Assembly: GCA_051892935.1 (NCBI GenBank)
Contig: JBJFGS010000043.1
Coordinates: forward strand, 1-33,415
Length of the DNA: 33,415 nt
Source: Candidatus Coprovivens sp.
GTDB taxonomy: Bacteria > Bacillota_I > Bacilli_A > RF39 > UBA660
Direction: 5' to 3'
Under the pieces are notes generated by a model. That model was not told the DNA's origin. It saw nothing but the letters and a program-made list of their open reading frames with translations, and searched no databases. Position 1 is the stretch's first letter. Each line of letters begins with the position of its first letter. The position numbers were made by a program, and so were the translations under genes. Positions 9,311 to 19,081 of the stretch are shown here, one piece after another.

Positions 9311-10069
9311 ATGGGGATGATTAATTTGAAATATATAAAAGAACATATGGTATTTATTATTATATCTTTAGCATTACTAATTATGCTACTAGGAGTGTTT
9401 TTTTGGAATAAAGTAATTAACTATCAAAGTAGAGATAATCAAGAAACAACTAGTTCTTCTAATGTTAATGTTAGTGATGCTAATAATGTAGAAAGTGTTG
9501 AGTCTAAGTTAGGACAACCTATGAAAATTACTCAAAGTTATTTAATAAGATATACTACTAATAAAAGTGGTATTTGGTATATGAGTAGTGCTGTTGTAAA
9601 AAGTGTAAGTATTAAAAATGATACTGCTATAATAAAGTTAATTAGCGAAGATAAAAAAGATACTATTGTAGGAACGATAGATAGTGATAAAGCCGATGTT
9701 AAAAATGGTGATTTAGTTAATTTTGTAGGTACTATTGATTTTGACTTAGGAGGAATAAATTTAACAAAAATATCTAAAGATACTATTAATTATATAAATG
9801 TTACTAAAATGGAATTTGGAGATTTAGTTAATAACATAAATGCTATTGTAAACAATCAATTTATTATTAGTGGATATATGGTAACCGATGGTGATAAGTA
9901 TAAACTATTTGAAAGCAAAAATTCATACAATATTAATGATAGTGTTGGTAGTTATTTTGTATTAGAATGGAAAGAAGAATTTGGTTATACAGGGACATCA
10001 AGTGTAACTGTACAATGCTATATAGGTGATACATATAGACTTAAGGATTGTGAATTATTGGATAATTAA
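9311..10069 (+). CDS. Membrane-anchored extracytoplasmic hypothetical protein (possible OB-fold domains)
   Basis: N-terminal TM helix, S/N-rich linker, beta-rich domains (VKNGDLVNFVGTI; VTVQC). Confidence 0.7.
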   Translation: MGMINLKYIKEHMVFIIISLALLIMLLGVFFWNKVINYQSRDNQETTSSSNVNVSDANNVESVESKLGQPMKITQSYLIRYTTNKSGIWYMSSAVVKSVSIKNDTAIIKLISEDKKDTIVGTIDSDKADVKNGDLVNFVGTIDFDLGGINLTKISKDTINYINVTKMEFGDLVNNINAIVNNQFIISGYMVTDGDKYKLFESKNSYNINDSVGSYFVLEWKEEFGYTGTSSVTVQCYIGDTYRLKDCELLDN

Positions 10070-10080
10070 TTATTTATAAT

Positions 10081-10112
10081 AAAATAAGAGCAGTAATAAT
10101 TGCTCTTATTTT
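10081..10112. terminator. Bidirectional terminator between convergent genes
   Basis: AAAATAAGAGCA-(8 nt)-TGCTCTTATTTT. Confidence 0.7.
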
Positions 10113-10789
10113 AATCTAACATTATTTTTTATGATATTTATTTGATTAGCTATTTTTTCGTAATCCGAGAAATACTCATCTGAGTATTCTTCTGTTGTTG
10201 GATATTTAATAATGACTGTCTTTTCTTTAGAAGAAGTTATTTTTTCAATATAACTATTTTCATTTTTATTTAAAACTTTAAATTCATCGTTTGAAACTGA
10301 AATGATTCTAAATACTTCTCCACCATTTTTCATATTTGCTGTACTATAAACAATAAATCCATTTTCGATTTTTTCAATTGTGCTTATCTTTATTAACTCA
10401 GCTGGGATTGTCATTGAAAATTCATCATTAGAAAAGGTATTAATATATGATAGTATGTCACTTATATCTTCTACACTAAAAGAATATGCTAAATCAGAAG
10501 AAGAATCTTCATTATTTTTTAATACTCCCTTTATAGTTAATTCTGAATTATTTTTTATGTCTTTATCGTAATCTAACTCTATCTTATTGATTGTATTACC
10601 ATCTATTATAACTGGTTTATCTAAATTCAGAATACTTATTTTCTTTTGTTCATTATTTTCTGTTATTTCTTTTATCGTTACTGTACCACTTAATTCGATT
10701 TCTTCATTTAGTTTTAGTTTTTCTTTTCCGCAATTAGTTAGTATTAATGTCATAATTATTAATGCTGCTATTTTTTTAAACTTCTTCAT
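10106..10789 (-). CDS. Putative lipoprotein
   Basis: MKKFKK, hydrophobic stretch and lipobox-like LTNC-G; AGGAG RBS. Confidence 0.7.
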   Translation of the reverse strand: MKKFKKIAALIIMTLILTNCGKEKLKLNEEIELSGTVTIKEITENNEQKKISILNLDKPVIIDGNTINKIELDYDKDIKNNSELTIKGVLKNNEDSSSDLAYSFSVEDISDILSYINTFSNDEFSMTIPAELIKISTIEKIENGFIVYSTANMKNGGEVFRIISVSNDEFKVLNKNENSYIEKITSSKEKTVIIKYPTTEEYSDEYFSDYEKIANQINIIKNNVRLK

Positions 10790-10820
10790 ATTATAATTCT
10801 CCTACTTTGATTATAGCATT

Positions 10821-10856
10821 AAAAAACATTCACATATTTAAAATATATGAATGTTT
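10821..10856 (-). terminator. Intrinsic terminator closing the addBA-led minus-strand run
   Basis: AAACATTCACATATTT-A-AAATATATGAATGTTT imperfect hairpin with a T-run on the minus strand. Confidence 0.6.
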
Positions 10857-10860
10857 ACAA

Positions 10861-11361
10861 TTATTCTTCTAAATTATTTACATCTATACCTGAAGAGTTT
10901 ACAATTGATTTATATTCTTTAATGAATTCGTTTATCTCAGGGATGTAAAAAGCACATTTTTTATCATAAATAAAAGTACTGTCAACAGTTGTAAACATTG
11001 TATAATCATCTTTAATATATGAACAAATATATTCTTCGTTTTTTAATTCTAAGGCAGGTATTTCTTTACTTAATGTTAAAAGGTATTCTTCGGTATCAAT
11101 GTAAATACTAATGTCAGAATAATTGATAGTATAATTATTATTTCCTACTTGTTTAGAACAAGTTTTTTTATTGCAACTATATCCTATTTCTTCTAAATGA
11201 TTTTTTAGTTTATTTGAAGGTGTATTTCCATTATAGATAAATAAAGCTAAAACTATTAGAAATATTAATACAATTACTATTGGAATTATAATTATTATAT
11301 AGTTTTTTTTGCTTAATTTTACTTCTTTACTATTATGTTTTAATTCTAAATTTCTTTTCAT
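10861..11361 (-). CDS. Membrane-anchored hypothetical protein with four Cys in its C-terminal domain
   Basis: 166 aa with one N-terminal TM helix; GGTGG RBS. Confidence 0.7.
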   Translation of the reverse strand: MKRNLELKHNSKEVKLSKKNYIIIIIPIVIVLIFLIVLALFIYNGNTPSNKLKNHLEEIGYSCNKKTCSKQVGNNNYTINYSDISIYIDTEEYLLTLSKEIPALELKNEEYICSYIKDDYTMFTTVDSTFIYDKKCAFYIPEINEFIKEYKSIVNSSGIDVNNLEE

Positions 11362-11369
11362 ATTACCAC

Positions 11370-11825
11370 CTAGACTATTGCCCCATTATTTTCCTTTTTG
11401 ATTTTTTTGATTTTTTCTTTTTCTTGTTGCTTTTTTAATTTTTTTTCTTTTAATGATTTATCTGTTTTAAGATAGTAAATAAAGTATATTGAGTTTATAA
11501 TACTTATAATTACTATAATAATGTATTCAATTATAAATATTAACATTTTTGAATCATAAATACTTATTACTAAAATTAATAAGAGAATACAGAGTATTAC
11601 GTTAATAATATTAAAAGTGAGACTAAGTTTAATATGAGTTTTGTATTTTATAGTAATACCTGTTATTAATAGCACTATGTAAGGAATGGCCCAACCTATT
11701 ATTATGGACATTATCATTATATATATTGTGTTTTCACTTAGTTCAGATACTAATAATATAATGCCTAAAATAATTGATGTTAATATATTAATTAATGATA
11801 ATATTTTTTCTTTTGATTTATTCAT
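11370..11825 (-). CDS. Hypothetical membrane protein (about 4 TM helices, basic tail)
   Basis: Four hydrophobic segments; AGGTGA RBS; tightly packed between co-oriented genes. Confidence 0.75.
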   Translation of the reverse strand: MNKSKEKILSLINILTSIILGIILLVSELSENTIYIMIMSIIIGWAIPYIVLLITGITIKYKTHIKLSLTFNIINVILCILLLILVISIYDSKMLIFIIEYIIIVIISIINSIYFIYYLKTDKSLKEKKLKKQQEKEKIKKIKKENNGAIV

Positions 11826-11833
11826 AATATCAC

Positions 11834-13471
11834 CTATGCTAATTTAGGAAGATCATTTTGTTCGATGATTCCATTTAATATAAAATGATTGCTTATTTTT
11901 AATAATTCTTTTATAGATATTTCTAAGTAAAAAGAGTTATCTGTTTTTTCATAATCTTCAAAAATTATTATATTGCTAAATATAGAATTTGTATTATTTG
12001 TTTTCATATAATAATTACATCCTATTGTAGAATTGCATAGGTGTCTTATAATTGAATGGTTATAATTATATAATTCAATATTACGATATTTTTCTGATTG
12101 AATCTTTTTTAATTCTTCGTATTCTCTTGTTAATGAAGAGATGGTCGAATTCAAACGAGCTATTATAATACTATTTCTATTTATTTGACTTACACATCTT
12201 TCTAACTCTTTTTGATATTTTTCTGGACCTAGTTCATCTTTATTAAGGATGGCTCTTTCATTTTTATTTTCTTCTAGTTTTCTTTTGGCAGTTGTTAATT
12301 CTTGATTATAGCTATTTAATCTATTTTTTATATCTTGTTCTTCTGTTTTATATATTCTATTCATATATTGTGGATGAACTGATGTTAAATCAATTAAGCT
12401 ATAGTCTATTTCATCTAATTCACTTAGATATGTTAATAGAAATTGATTAATAGTAAGTATTAATAGTAATTTTATATCATTTATATTATGATTTTTCTTA
12501 ATTTGTATGTATGTATTGTTTGGTTCTATCTTAATAATTGAGAAAAAATCTATTAAACTATCAATTGAAGTATTCATATGTTCTAATAGGGTTAAATCAT
12601 TACTTGACTGCCATACGATATTTTCTATTATATGAACTTGTTTACTTAACTGTTGATTATAAAAATCTTCATCTATATATTGATATATTTTATCTAACTC
12701 TTTAGGTTCTATTTCTAATATATTTTTCTCTTCTTCTTCTAATTCAAAACCTTCCCTATTACATTCTGATTTTAGTAGATTATAAAATATTAAGTATGAT
12801 TCTTCGTTTTCAAGTCCATGTTTATATTGCTTTAAATGTTTTAAATAATTAATTGCAGCATTTTTTACTATTAAAATATTGTTTTCACGTACTTGCCTTG
12901 TTTTATCTGTTCTTTTAACGCGAATACTATAATATGTGAACTTACTTAAGAAATTTTCAATATTTGATGAATCTACTAGTTTAGTTATTTCTTTATTTGC
13001 TATAGTATAGCGAATATTAATTTCTTTAGAATCATAATTTTTAGTATTATCAAGAATTAAAGATATAAAGGAAATTAACCAACGAGAATTAACATATGTA
13101 TTATCTATAAAATATATTTTTTCTTCTGTTTCATTATAAATATAATCTAGTTGTTTTATTTTTTCTCTTATTATTAATAATAATTCTAATTCATCGTTTG
13201 CTTTTATATCTGTTATTTTAGATATATTATTAGGATTTTCTATTGTAAAATGATTTAAATAATTTTTATATTTTTTTTCTAAATAATCTGGTTCATTAAT
13301 TAATAGTTTAAATAAGTATATATATATAATAAAATTGTTTTTTTCAGATTGGCGATAAAAGTATGCAGATTTATTAACAGGTAGATTGGGATTTTTTATC
13401 ATCTCAATTAAAGAATTAATAATAAAAGAAACTTTTTCTTTTGTTTTCTTTATTGTGTTTTTATCTAACAT
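11834..13471 (-). CDS. Hypothetical protein; degenerate paralog of the tandem-HEPN protein, downstream of addA
   Basis: 545 aa with AAGGAGG RBS. LIIREKIKQLDYIYN matches KIIRNKIAHGEFIID; IDYSLIDLTSVHP matches FDYSKLDLQVLKP; YNYNHSIIRHLCNSTIGCN..LEISIKEL matches YYYNRYLIEYIRNAIAHGN..LTISIKEF. Confidence 0.7.
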   Translation of the reverse strand: MLDKNTIKKTKEKVSFIINSLIEMIKNPNLPVNKSAYFYRQSEKNNFIIYIYLFKLLINEPDYLEKKYKNYLNHFTIENPNNISKITDIKANDELELLLIIREKIKQLDYIYNETEEKIYFIDNTYVNSRWLISFISLILDNTKNYDSKEINIRYTIANKEITKLVDSSNIENFLSKFTYYSIRVKRTDKTRQVRENNILIVKNAAINYLKHLKQYKHGLENEESYLIFYNLLKSECNREGFELEEEEKNILEIEPKELDKIYQYIDEDFYNQQLSKQVHIIENIVWQSSNDLTLLEHMNTSIDSLIDFFSIIKIEPNNTYIQIKKNHNINDIKLLLILTINQFLLTYLSELDEIDYSLIDLTSVHPQYMNRIYKTEEQDIKNRLNSYNQELTTAKRKLEENKNERAILNKDELGPEKYQKELERCVSQINRNSIIIARLNSTISSLTREYEELKKIQSEKYRNIELYNYNHSIIRHLCNSTIGCNYYMKTNNTNSIFSNIIIFEDYEKTDNSFYLEISIKELLKISNHFILNGIIEQNDLPKLA

Positions 13472-13485
13472 ACTTTTACCTCCTT

Positions 13486-16400
13486 TTATAATTTTTCTAA
13501 GTCTCCACTAATAATGGAGTATAAATAAATGTTTATTTTTTTATTAGATATTTTTTCTATATATGATTTATAACCATTTAATTGTTTTAGATAATTGTCA
13601 TCTTTGATATTATTTAGTTTATAATCTATTATATCTATTTTATCTTCATACTCTAACATTAAGTCAATTATACCATGATATTCTAAAGAATCATCACTAT
13701 AAATGAATTCGTATTCTTTATATATAGTGGCATTTTGAATATTTTGTAATAATTTATTAGATAGAAAATCTTTTATTTTGTTTTTTATAAAGGTATTTTC
13801 TATTAATTCATAGTCTGGATTTTTAAAATCTAAATATTCTAAAGTCTCATGAACTTCTAAACCAAATTTCATATTATTAGAGGTTTCTTTTGTAATTAGT
13901 TCGTGTGTATTTTTAGAAAAGTGTTCTTGAGATATTGTATTAGTTTCTAATATTTCTATAGGTATTACTTTGAAATCTTTTGTTTTTGTAGGTTCTATTG
14001 ATGTTAATGATTGATTATTATATAAGTATTGTTTTGTGATACCAAGTTTTTCAATATCTATTTCTTTATAATATTTTAATAGATTGTGTTTTACTGAATT
14101 CATTATTTGACTGAAAGAACGATATTTTCTTCTAATTGAAATATCAATCGTATTATTTTCATCTAAACTATTTATTACTTCTTCTACTTTAGGAGTAAGA
14201 AGAATTATTGTTTCTTTGGCTCTAGTTAAAGCTACATAGAATAAGCGTATTTTTTCAGATACTTCTTCTTCTAGATAATGATATTTTACAAGATATTTTA
14301 TTACAGATTCATTAATACCTTCTTTAAAGTATGGCGTTATAATTCCGTATTTGTTATCAAATAAGAATTTTTCTTTTAGGTCACTAATATTGAATCCTTT
14401 GTATAAACCACTATAGTAACATACGTGATATTCTAGTCCTTTTGATTTATGAATTGTCATTATTTTTACTGAGTTAGATGATGTGTTAACGGCACTATAT
14501 TTCATATCATAGTCTGTATCAAGTAGTTCGTTAAGGTAGTCTCTAAAAGTATATATATCATATCCTAAATTGCTTAAATTTGATGCTATATCATATAATT
14601 TTGATATACGTATTATTGAAGCTTCGATATTCCCTATCTCGATAAATTTTTCGTACATATTAGTTTTATTTATTATTTTTTCTAGTAATGTATTTATGCT
14701 TGAAGATGTTACTTCGTTAGCTAGCTCTTGAAATGTTTTAAAAATTGTAGTCTCTTTGAAGCTATTATTTTTGAATGTTTTAAAAATTTCATCATCAGTT
14801 AGATTAAATAAGTAACTTCGAGCAATGCTTATATAGTCGTATTTAAATTCTGTGTCATATTCTTTTAGGTTTATTTTTACGATAAAATCGATTATGTTTT
14901 TTAATATGTATATATCGTTAGAATTATTTAGTTTATCATCTTTATATAAGGTTAATGGTATTCCTAAATATTCAAATATCTTTTTGTATAAATCGAAATC
15001 TGTTGTTCTATCCATTAAGATAACAAAGTCATTATATGTAATGTCTCTTAGTACTTTATCATCTTTATTAAATACTTGATATTTAGAATTGATTTTTTCT
15101 TTGATATCTTTGGCAATAGCAAAGATTTCGATTTCTTCTTTAGAATATTTTTTATTATTTGTATCATCATATTCTAGTATTTGAAAATCATAATTATAAT
15201 CAGTTAATCCTTCTTCTATATATGATGTATTTCCATATACCATTTGATGAGATTCATGATATTCTGCTCCACCTATTACATCATCCATGACTAGGTTAAA
15301 TACTTCATTAATATTTGATAGTACTTCTTTTCTGGAACGAAAGTTTTTTACTAAATCTATTTTCATTCCATTGTTACCAAGAGCATAATTATCATATTTT
15401 GATTTAAATATGTATGGATTGGCATTACGGAAGCGATAAATACTTTGTTTGATATCCCCTACACAATAGGTATTATTGTTTTCAATCATACCTATAAATG
15501 TTTCTTGTATATCATTAGTATCTTGGTATTCATCAATCATTATTTCTTTAAATGTATCTCTTAATTCATTACGTACTGATTCATTTTCTTGAAGTACTTT
15601 TATAGATAATAAAGCTATATCTTGAAAATCATAGATATCATTATCTTGTTTGTATTTGTGAAGAGCATCCAAATAATCTTTTAATATTGCTATTATTATT
15701 TCACTATATTCTTCTATATTTTTTATAGATTCAAGAATACTTTCTTTATTCCCATAAGTGTATATAGTGTTTTTTAATTCATCTAAGGCTTCTTTTAATT
15801 TATCACGAGCAGATTTTGTATCATCTTCACTACCACGTGGTAACATTGGTAATTTAATAATTCCAATTGTTCCATAGAATTCATCTATAGAGTGGCAATT
15901 AAATAAAGGTGTTAAGGCTTCTGTTAATTTTACAGCATATTCACCATCTGTATACATAGTCAGATTGTATGATAATTTGTCAACTTCTTTAGTTTTTATT
16001 TGTAAAAGTTGTTCATATTCATTAAGACACTCTTCAATAAATTGATTACTAAAATAGTTATTCATATAGTTTTTAATAGATTCTTCTCGATTAGGAAATG
16101 AGTCTATTTTAGTAGCAATCTTTAGAATAGATGATTTAAGTTCTTTGTCATCTTTAACACAGAAGTCATATATTAATTTACTGAATTTATCACTTGGATT
16201 AGTGTAATATTTATCAAATATTTCATCCATTATTTTATTTTTTTGAATATCGATAATTGAAGCATCTGATATACCAATATCATTTGAGATATTAAGTAAA
16301 TAGTGATATTTTTTTACTACTGATAAAGCAAAGGAATCGAATGTTGTTATGTATGCTTGATCTATTAATTCTAGTTCTTTAGCTAGTGAAGGATTATCTG

Positions 16401-16623
16401 GTATACCTTTTTTTATCGATTTTCTGATACGCTCTTTCATTTCTCCAGCCGCTGCTTTGGTAAATGTTAAAATAAGTAATTCATTTATGTGAGTCCCTGA
16501 ATTTAAAATACGCATTGTTCTAGCTGTTAAGACGGCTGTTTTCCCCGATCCAGCACCAGCTGATACAATTATATTAGTTCCTGTTTCGTTAATAGCACGT
16601 TCTTGTTCTGGTGTCCAAGCCAT
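13486..16623 (-). CDS. addA: ATP-dependent helicase/nuclease subunit A (UvrD-like helicase plus PD-(D/E)xK nuclease)
   Basis: SAGAGSGKT, LTFTKAAAGEMKERI, DEYQD, VGDIKQSIYRFRNA, NFRS, MTIHKSKGLEY, YVALTRAK; C-terminal GIIDL..IIDYK..QL.GY. Confidence 0.93.
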   Translation of the reverse strand: MAWTPEQERAINETGTNIIVSAGAGSGKTAVLTARTMRILNSGTHINELLILTFTKAAAGEMKERIRKSIKKGIPDNPSLAKELELIDQAYITTFDSFALSVVKKYHYLLNISNDIGISDASIIDIQKNKIMDEIFDKYYTNPSDKFSKLIYDFCVKDDKELKSSILKIATKIDSFPNREESIKNYMNNYFSNQFIEECLNEYEQLLQIKTKEVDKLSYNLTMYTDGEYAVKLTEALTPLFNCHSIDEFYGTIGIIKLPMLPRGSEDDTKSARDKLKEALDELKNTIYTYGNKESILESIKNIEEYSEIIIAILKDYLDALHKYKQDNDIYDFQDIALLSIKVLQENESVRNELRDTFKEIMIDEYQDTNDIQETFIGMIENNNTYCVGDIKQSIYRFRNANPYIFKSKYDNYALGNNGMKIDLVKNFRSRKEVLSNINEVFNLVMDDVIGGAEYHESHQMVYGNTSYIEEGLTDYNYDFQILEYDDTNNKKYSKEEIEIFAIAKDIKEKINSKYQVFNKDDKVLRDITYNDFVILMDRTTDFDLYKKIFEYLGIPLTLYKDDKLNNSNDIYILKNIIDFIVKINLKEYDTEFKYDYISIARSYLFNLTDDEIFKTFKNNSFKETTIFKTFQELANEVTSSSINTLLEKIINKTNMYEKFIEIGNIEASIIRISKLYDIASNLSNLGYDIYTFRDYLNELLDTDYDMKYSAVNTSSNSVKIMTIHKSKGLEYHVCYYSGLYKGFNISDLKEKFLFDNKYGIITPYFKEGINESVIKYLVKYHYLEEEVSEKIRLFYVALTRAKETIILLTPKVEEVINSLDENNTIDISIRRKYRSFSQIMNSVKHNLLKYYKEIDIEKLGITKQYLYNNQSLTSIEPTKTKDFKVIPIEILETNTISQEHFSKNTHELITKETSNNMKFGLEVHETLEYLDFKNPDYELIENTFIKNKIKDFLSNKLLQNIQNATIYKEYEFIYSDDSLEYHGIIDLMLEYEDKIDIIDYKLNNIKDDNYLKQLNGYKSYIEKISNKKINIYLYSIISGDLEKL

Positions 16624-19010
16624 TATCCTTCACCTTCTTCTTTTTTAGGTCTTTCTAGTATATCATCTAGAATTAATTGTTCTAATTCTTCGATATCATC
16701 GGCTGTGTGAAAACAAATGTCTTTAAATTTACATAGATTACATCCATAATTTATTTTGCCTATTTTTTTTGGAGAAATGGCAAATTCAGCGTTACTTATT
16801 TTTTGTGCTCCTTCATTTATTTTATTTTCTGCTATATTTGTAATTTTTTCCATCTCTTTATCAGAAAGAACTTTACAATACGAATAGAATGAATAATCTT
16901 TTTTAGTTTTCATACTTTTTATAATGTTGCTATCCATGTATGATTGATCGAACTCTGAAAGAATTTCTTGGTTTTCATTAGAATATCCTTGTAATAGAAG
17001 ATTTTTCTTTTTTAATTGTTCATAACTATGAGAGTTATCAACAATTATTTCATTATTCAGAATTTTTTGAAGATAAAAACCTGCAACTTTTATATTTTTT
17101 ATTTTATTGGAGTTTTTTGCTAAATATAAATATACTGGTAGTTGCATACCTATTCCATATGGAATAGTTGTTAAATCTAAATTAGGATTTCCTGTTTTAT
17201 AATCTATTATTGCTATTATTGTATAATCGCCCATATTTTTATATTTAATTTTATCTATAATACCAGTGAATGTTATTTTCATGTTACCTGATAAACTAGT
17301 GGATATTCTTTCTTCATGTAATTCATTATGTAAGTTAGTAAAATTTTCTTGATCTTTAATAGTTTCAATAATAAATAATAGTTCTTCTTTTAATTTGGAT
17401 AAAAAGAATTTTTCTTTATTATTAAATTGATAATCTAAATTACTAAGTTCTTTATTCCATAATTCATCATATTTTAACTCTGGATTAAGACACTTTTCCA
17501 GAATAGTATGAAATAATGTTCCAACTATTTGATAGAATGTTTCCTCATATATATTAAGTTTTAGAATATTTCCTATATAGAAGCTAAAAGGGCATCTATA
17601 GTATTTGTCTAAGCTTGAATATGATAAAACTATTTTATTATTTAGATATTCTTGTAAATCATTTGGGTTTATACCTGTAAAAGAGTGATTATAAGTATTA
17701 TATGGTAGTTCTTGATAATGATTATTTAATGTATTTAATAAATCACTTTTTGTTCCATATTTGTAGTATTCATCTAGTAAAGATGCAAGTATTAGTTTAT
17801 TATTTATTTCTGAGTTATCTAGACATTTTATATTAATTTTTTCTACATCGTAGTTAAGTATTTCATTTAAGCTTGATATATTAAAATCTTCTCCATTAGC
17901 ATTTTTCTTATATGTTATAGTTAGATTCTTTATTGAATTAAGTTTATCTTTTATTATTTGTTTTTCTAGATTATTTTTATCAACCGTTAAAGAGATAGGT
18001 AAATCTTTTTTATCTTTATCAGTTAAGAATGATTCATCTTTGTATATGCTAGGTAGAACCCCTTGATTAAAAGATAATGTAAAAACATAATCATCTTCTT
18101 CAAATATTGTATCTTTTAAAGATACTTCATGAACCGAATATGGAATATCTTTTTTAGATAATTTCATGTTTTTTAAATCATATTTAATCATTTCTAAGAT
18201 ACTATTTTTATCATCTATAAAAGTATACTTGTTGATAATATTTATTATTTTATTATAAATATCTTCTGATTCTTTGTTATCAATAAACATATTAAGTTGT
18301 TCCATAGTATGAGATAAATCACTTTCATATAGTTCTAGAAACTTTTTACATATAAATGTACTATATACTGATTCTGATGAATCTAATGTGTATGGAATAT
18401 TAAACATAGGAAATATTCTTTTAATTATTTTTCTATATTCATCACTTAAATTAGTTAAATATATTTTAGATATAGAAATACCTTGTTTAATTAAATTACA
18501 TATTGAATTAGCTATATATTCTACTTCGTCTTCTATAGAAGGTAATTCATATATAGTATGTGGATAAATTATATGTTCATCCTGGTTTAGGGAGACATTG
18601 TTATCTTTTTTTAAGTAATCTATTAAAAATGATAATTCTTTAGTTAAAGGGAGATTATAAAATACAATATCTTTATTTTTTAAAGTATTTCTAAATAACT
18701 TATTTATTTTCAATAGTTTTTTGTCTATTAAATCTTTTTTAAGAGATGATAAAAAAGATAATTTGTCATTATCATACTTGGTATTATCTATATAAGTAAG
18801 ATTTTCTAAGTATATTTTAGCTATTTCGTATTTTACATTGTAATTTGTCATTATGTAATAAATAGTTTCTTTATTATAGTCAAAATAAAATAGTTTATTA
18901 AATTCATTTATTGAATATATTTTTATATTAATTAACTTTTGATTATTTTTTTTTAATAAGTTCTTCTTGTTTATGTTTGATGTAATTATTATTTGATTAT
19001 CTTGAAACAT
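16623..19010 (-). CDS. addB: AddB/RexB-like nuclease subunit, shortened, without a recognisable Walker A
   Basis: LSYSSLDKYYRCPF, GTLFH, GIIDKI..IIDYKTG, QLPVY, C-terminal CNLCKFKDIC (Fe-S staple). 1-nt TAATG overlap with addA. Confidence 0.85.
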   Translation of the reverse strand: MFQDNQIIITSNINKKNLLKKNNQKLINIKIYSINEFNKLFYFDYNKETIYYIMTNYNVKYEIAKIYLENLTYIDNTKYDNDKLSFLSSLKKDLIDKKLLKINKLFRNTLKNKDIVFYNLPLTKELSFLIDYLKKDNNVSLNQDEHIIYPHTIYELPSIEDEVEYIANSICNLIKQGISISKIYLTNLSDEYRKIIKRIFPMFNIPYTLDSSESVYSTFICKKFLELYESDLSHTMEQLNMFIDNKESEDIYNKIINIINKYTFIDDKNSILEMIKYDLKNMKLSKKDIPYSVHEVSLKDTIFEEDDYVFTLSFNQGVLPSIYKDESFLTDKDKKDLPISLTVDKNNLEKQIIKDKLNSIKNLTITYKKNANGEDFNISSLNEILNYDVEKINIKCLDNSEINNKLILASLLDEYYKYGTKSDLLNTLNNHYQELPYNTYNHSFTGINPNDLQEYLNNKIVLSYSSLDKYYRCPFSFYIGNILKLNIYEETFYQIVGTLFHTILEKCLNPELKYDELWNKELSNLDYQFNNKEKFFLSKLKEELLFIIETIKDQENFTNLHNELHEERISTSLSGNMKITFTGIIDKIKYKNMGDYTIIAIIDYKTGNPNLDLTTIPYGIGMQLPVYLYLAKNSNKIKNIKVAGFYLQKILNNEIIVDNSHSYEQLKKKNLLLQGYSNENQEILSEFDQSYMDSNIIKSMKTKKDYSFYSYCKVLSDKEMEKITNIAENKINEGAQKISNAEFAISPKKIGKINYGCNLCKFKDICFHTADDIEELEQLILDDILERPKKEEGEG

Positions 19011-19043
19011 AGTACCACCCTATTTTATTTTAACATAATAAAT

Positions 19044-19073
19044 AAAATAAGAGTAGAAATAAACTACTCTTAT
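19044..19073 (-). terminator. Intrinsic terminator after the GGDEF gene
   Basis: ATAAGAGTAG-AAATAAA-CTACTCTTAT perfect 10-bp stem. Confidence 0.7.
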
Positions 19074-19081
19074 CTTTGGAT

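Noticed and set aside
9138-15079. Short ORFs 9138..9320, 10380..10571, 10587..10796, 14852..15079
   Set aside because: They overlap better-supported genes on the opposite strand.
16623-19010. Cas4 or a defence nuclease (four-Cys PD-(D/E)xK domain)
   Set aside because: Its size and translational coupling to addA fit AddB, which shares the Fe-S nuclease domain with Cas4.
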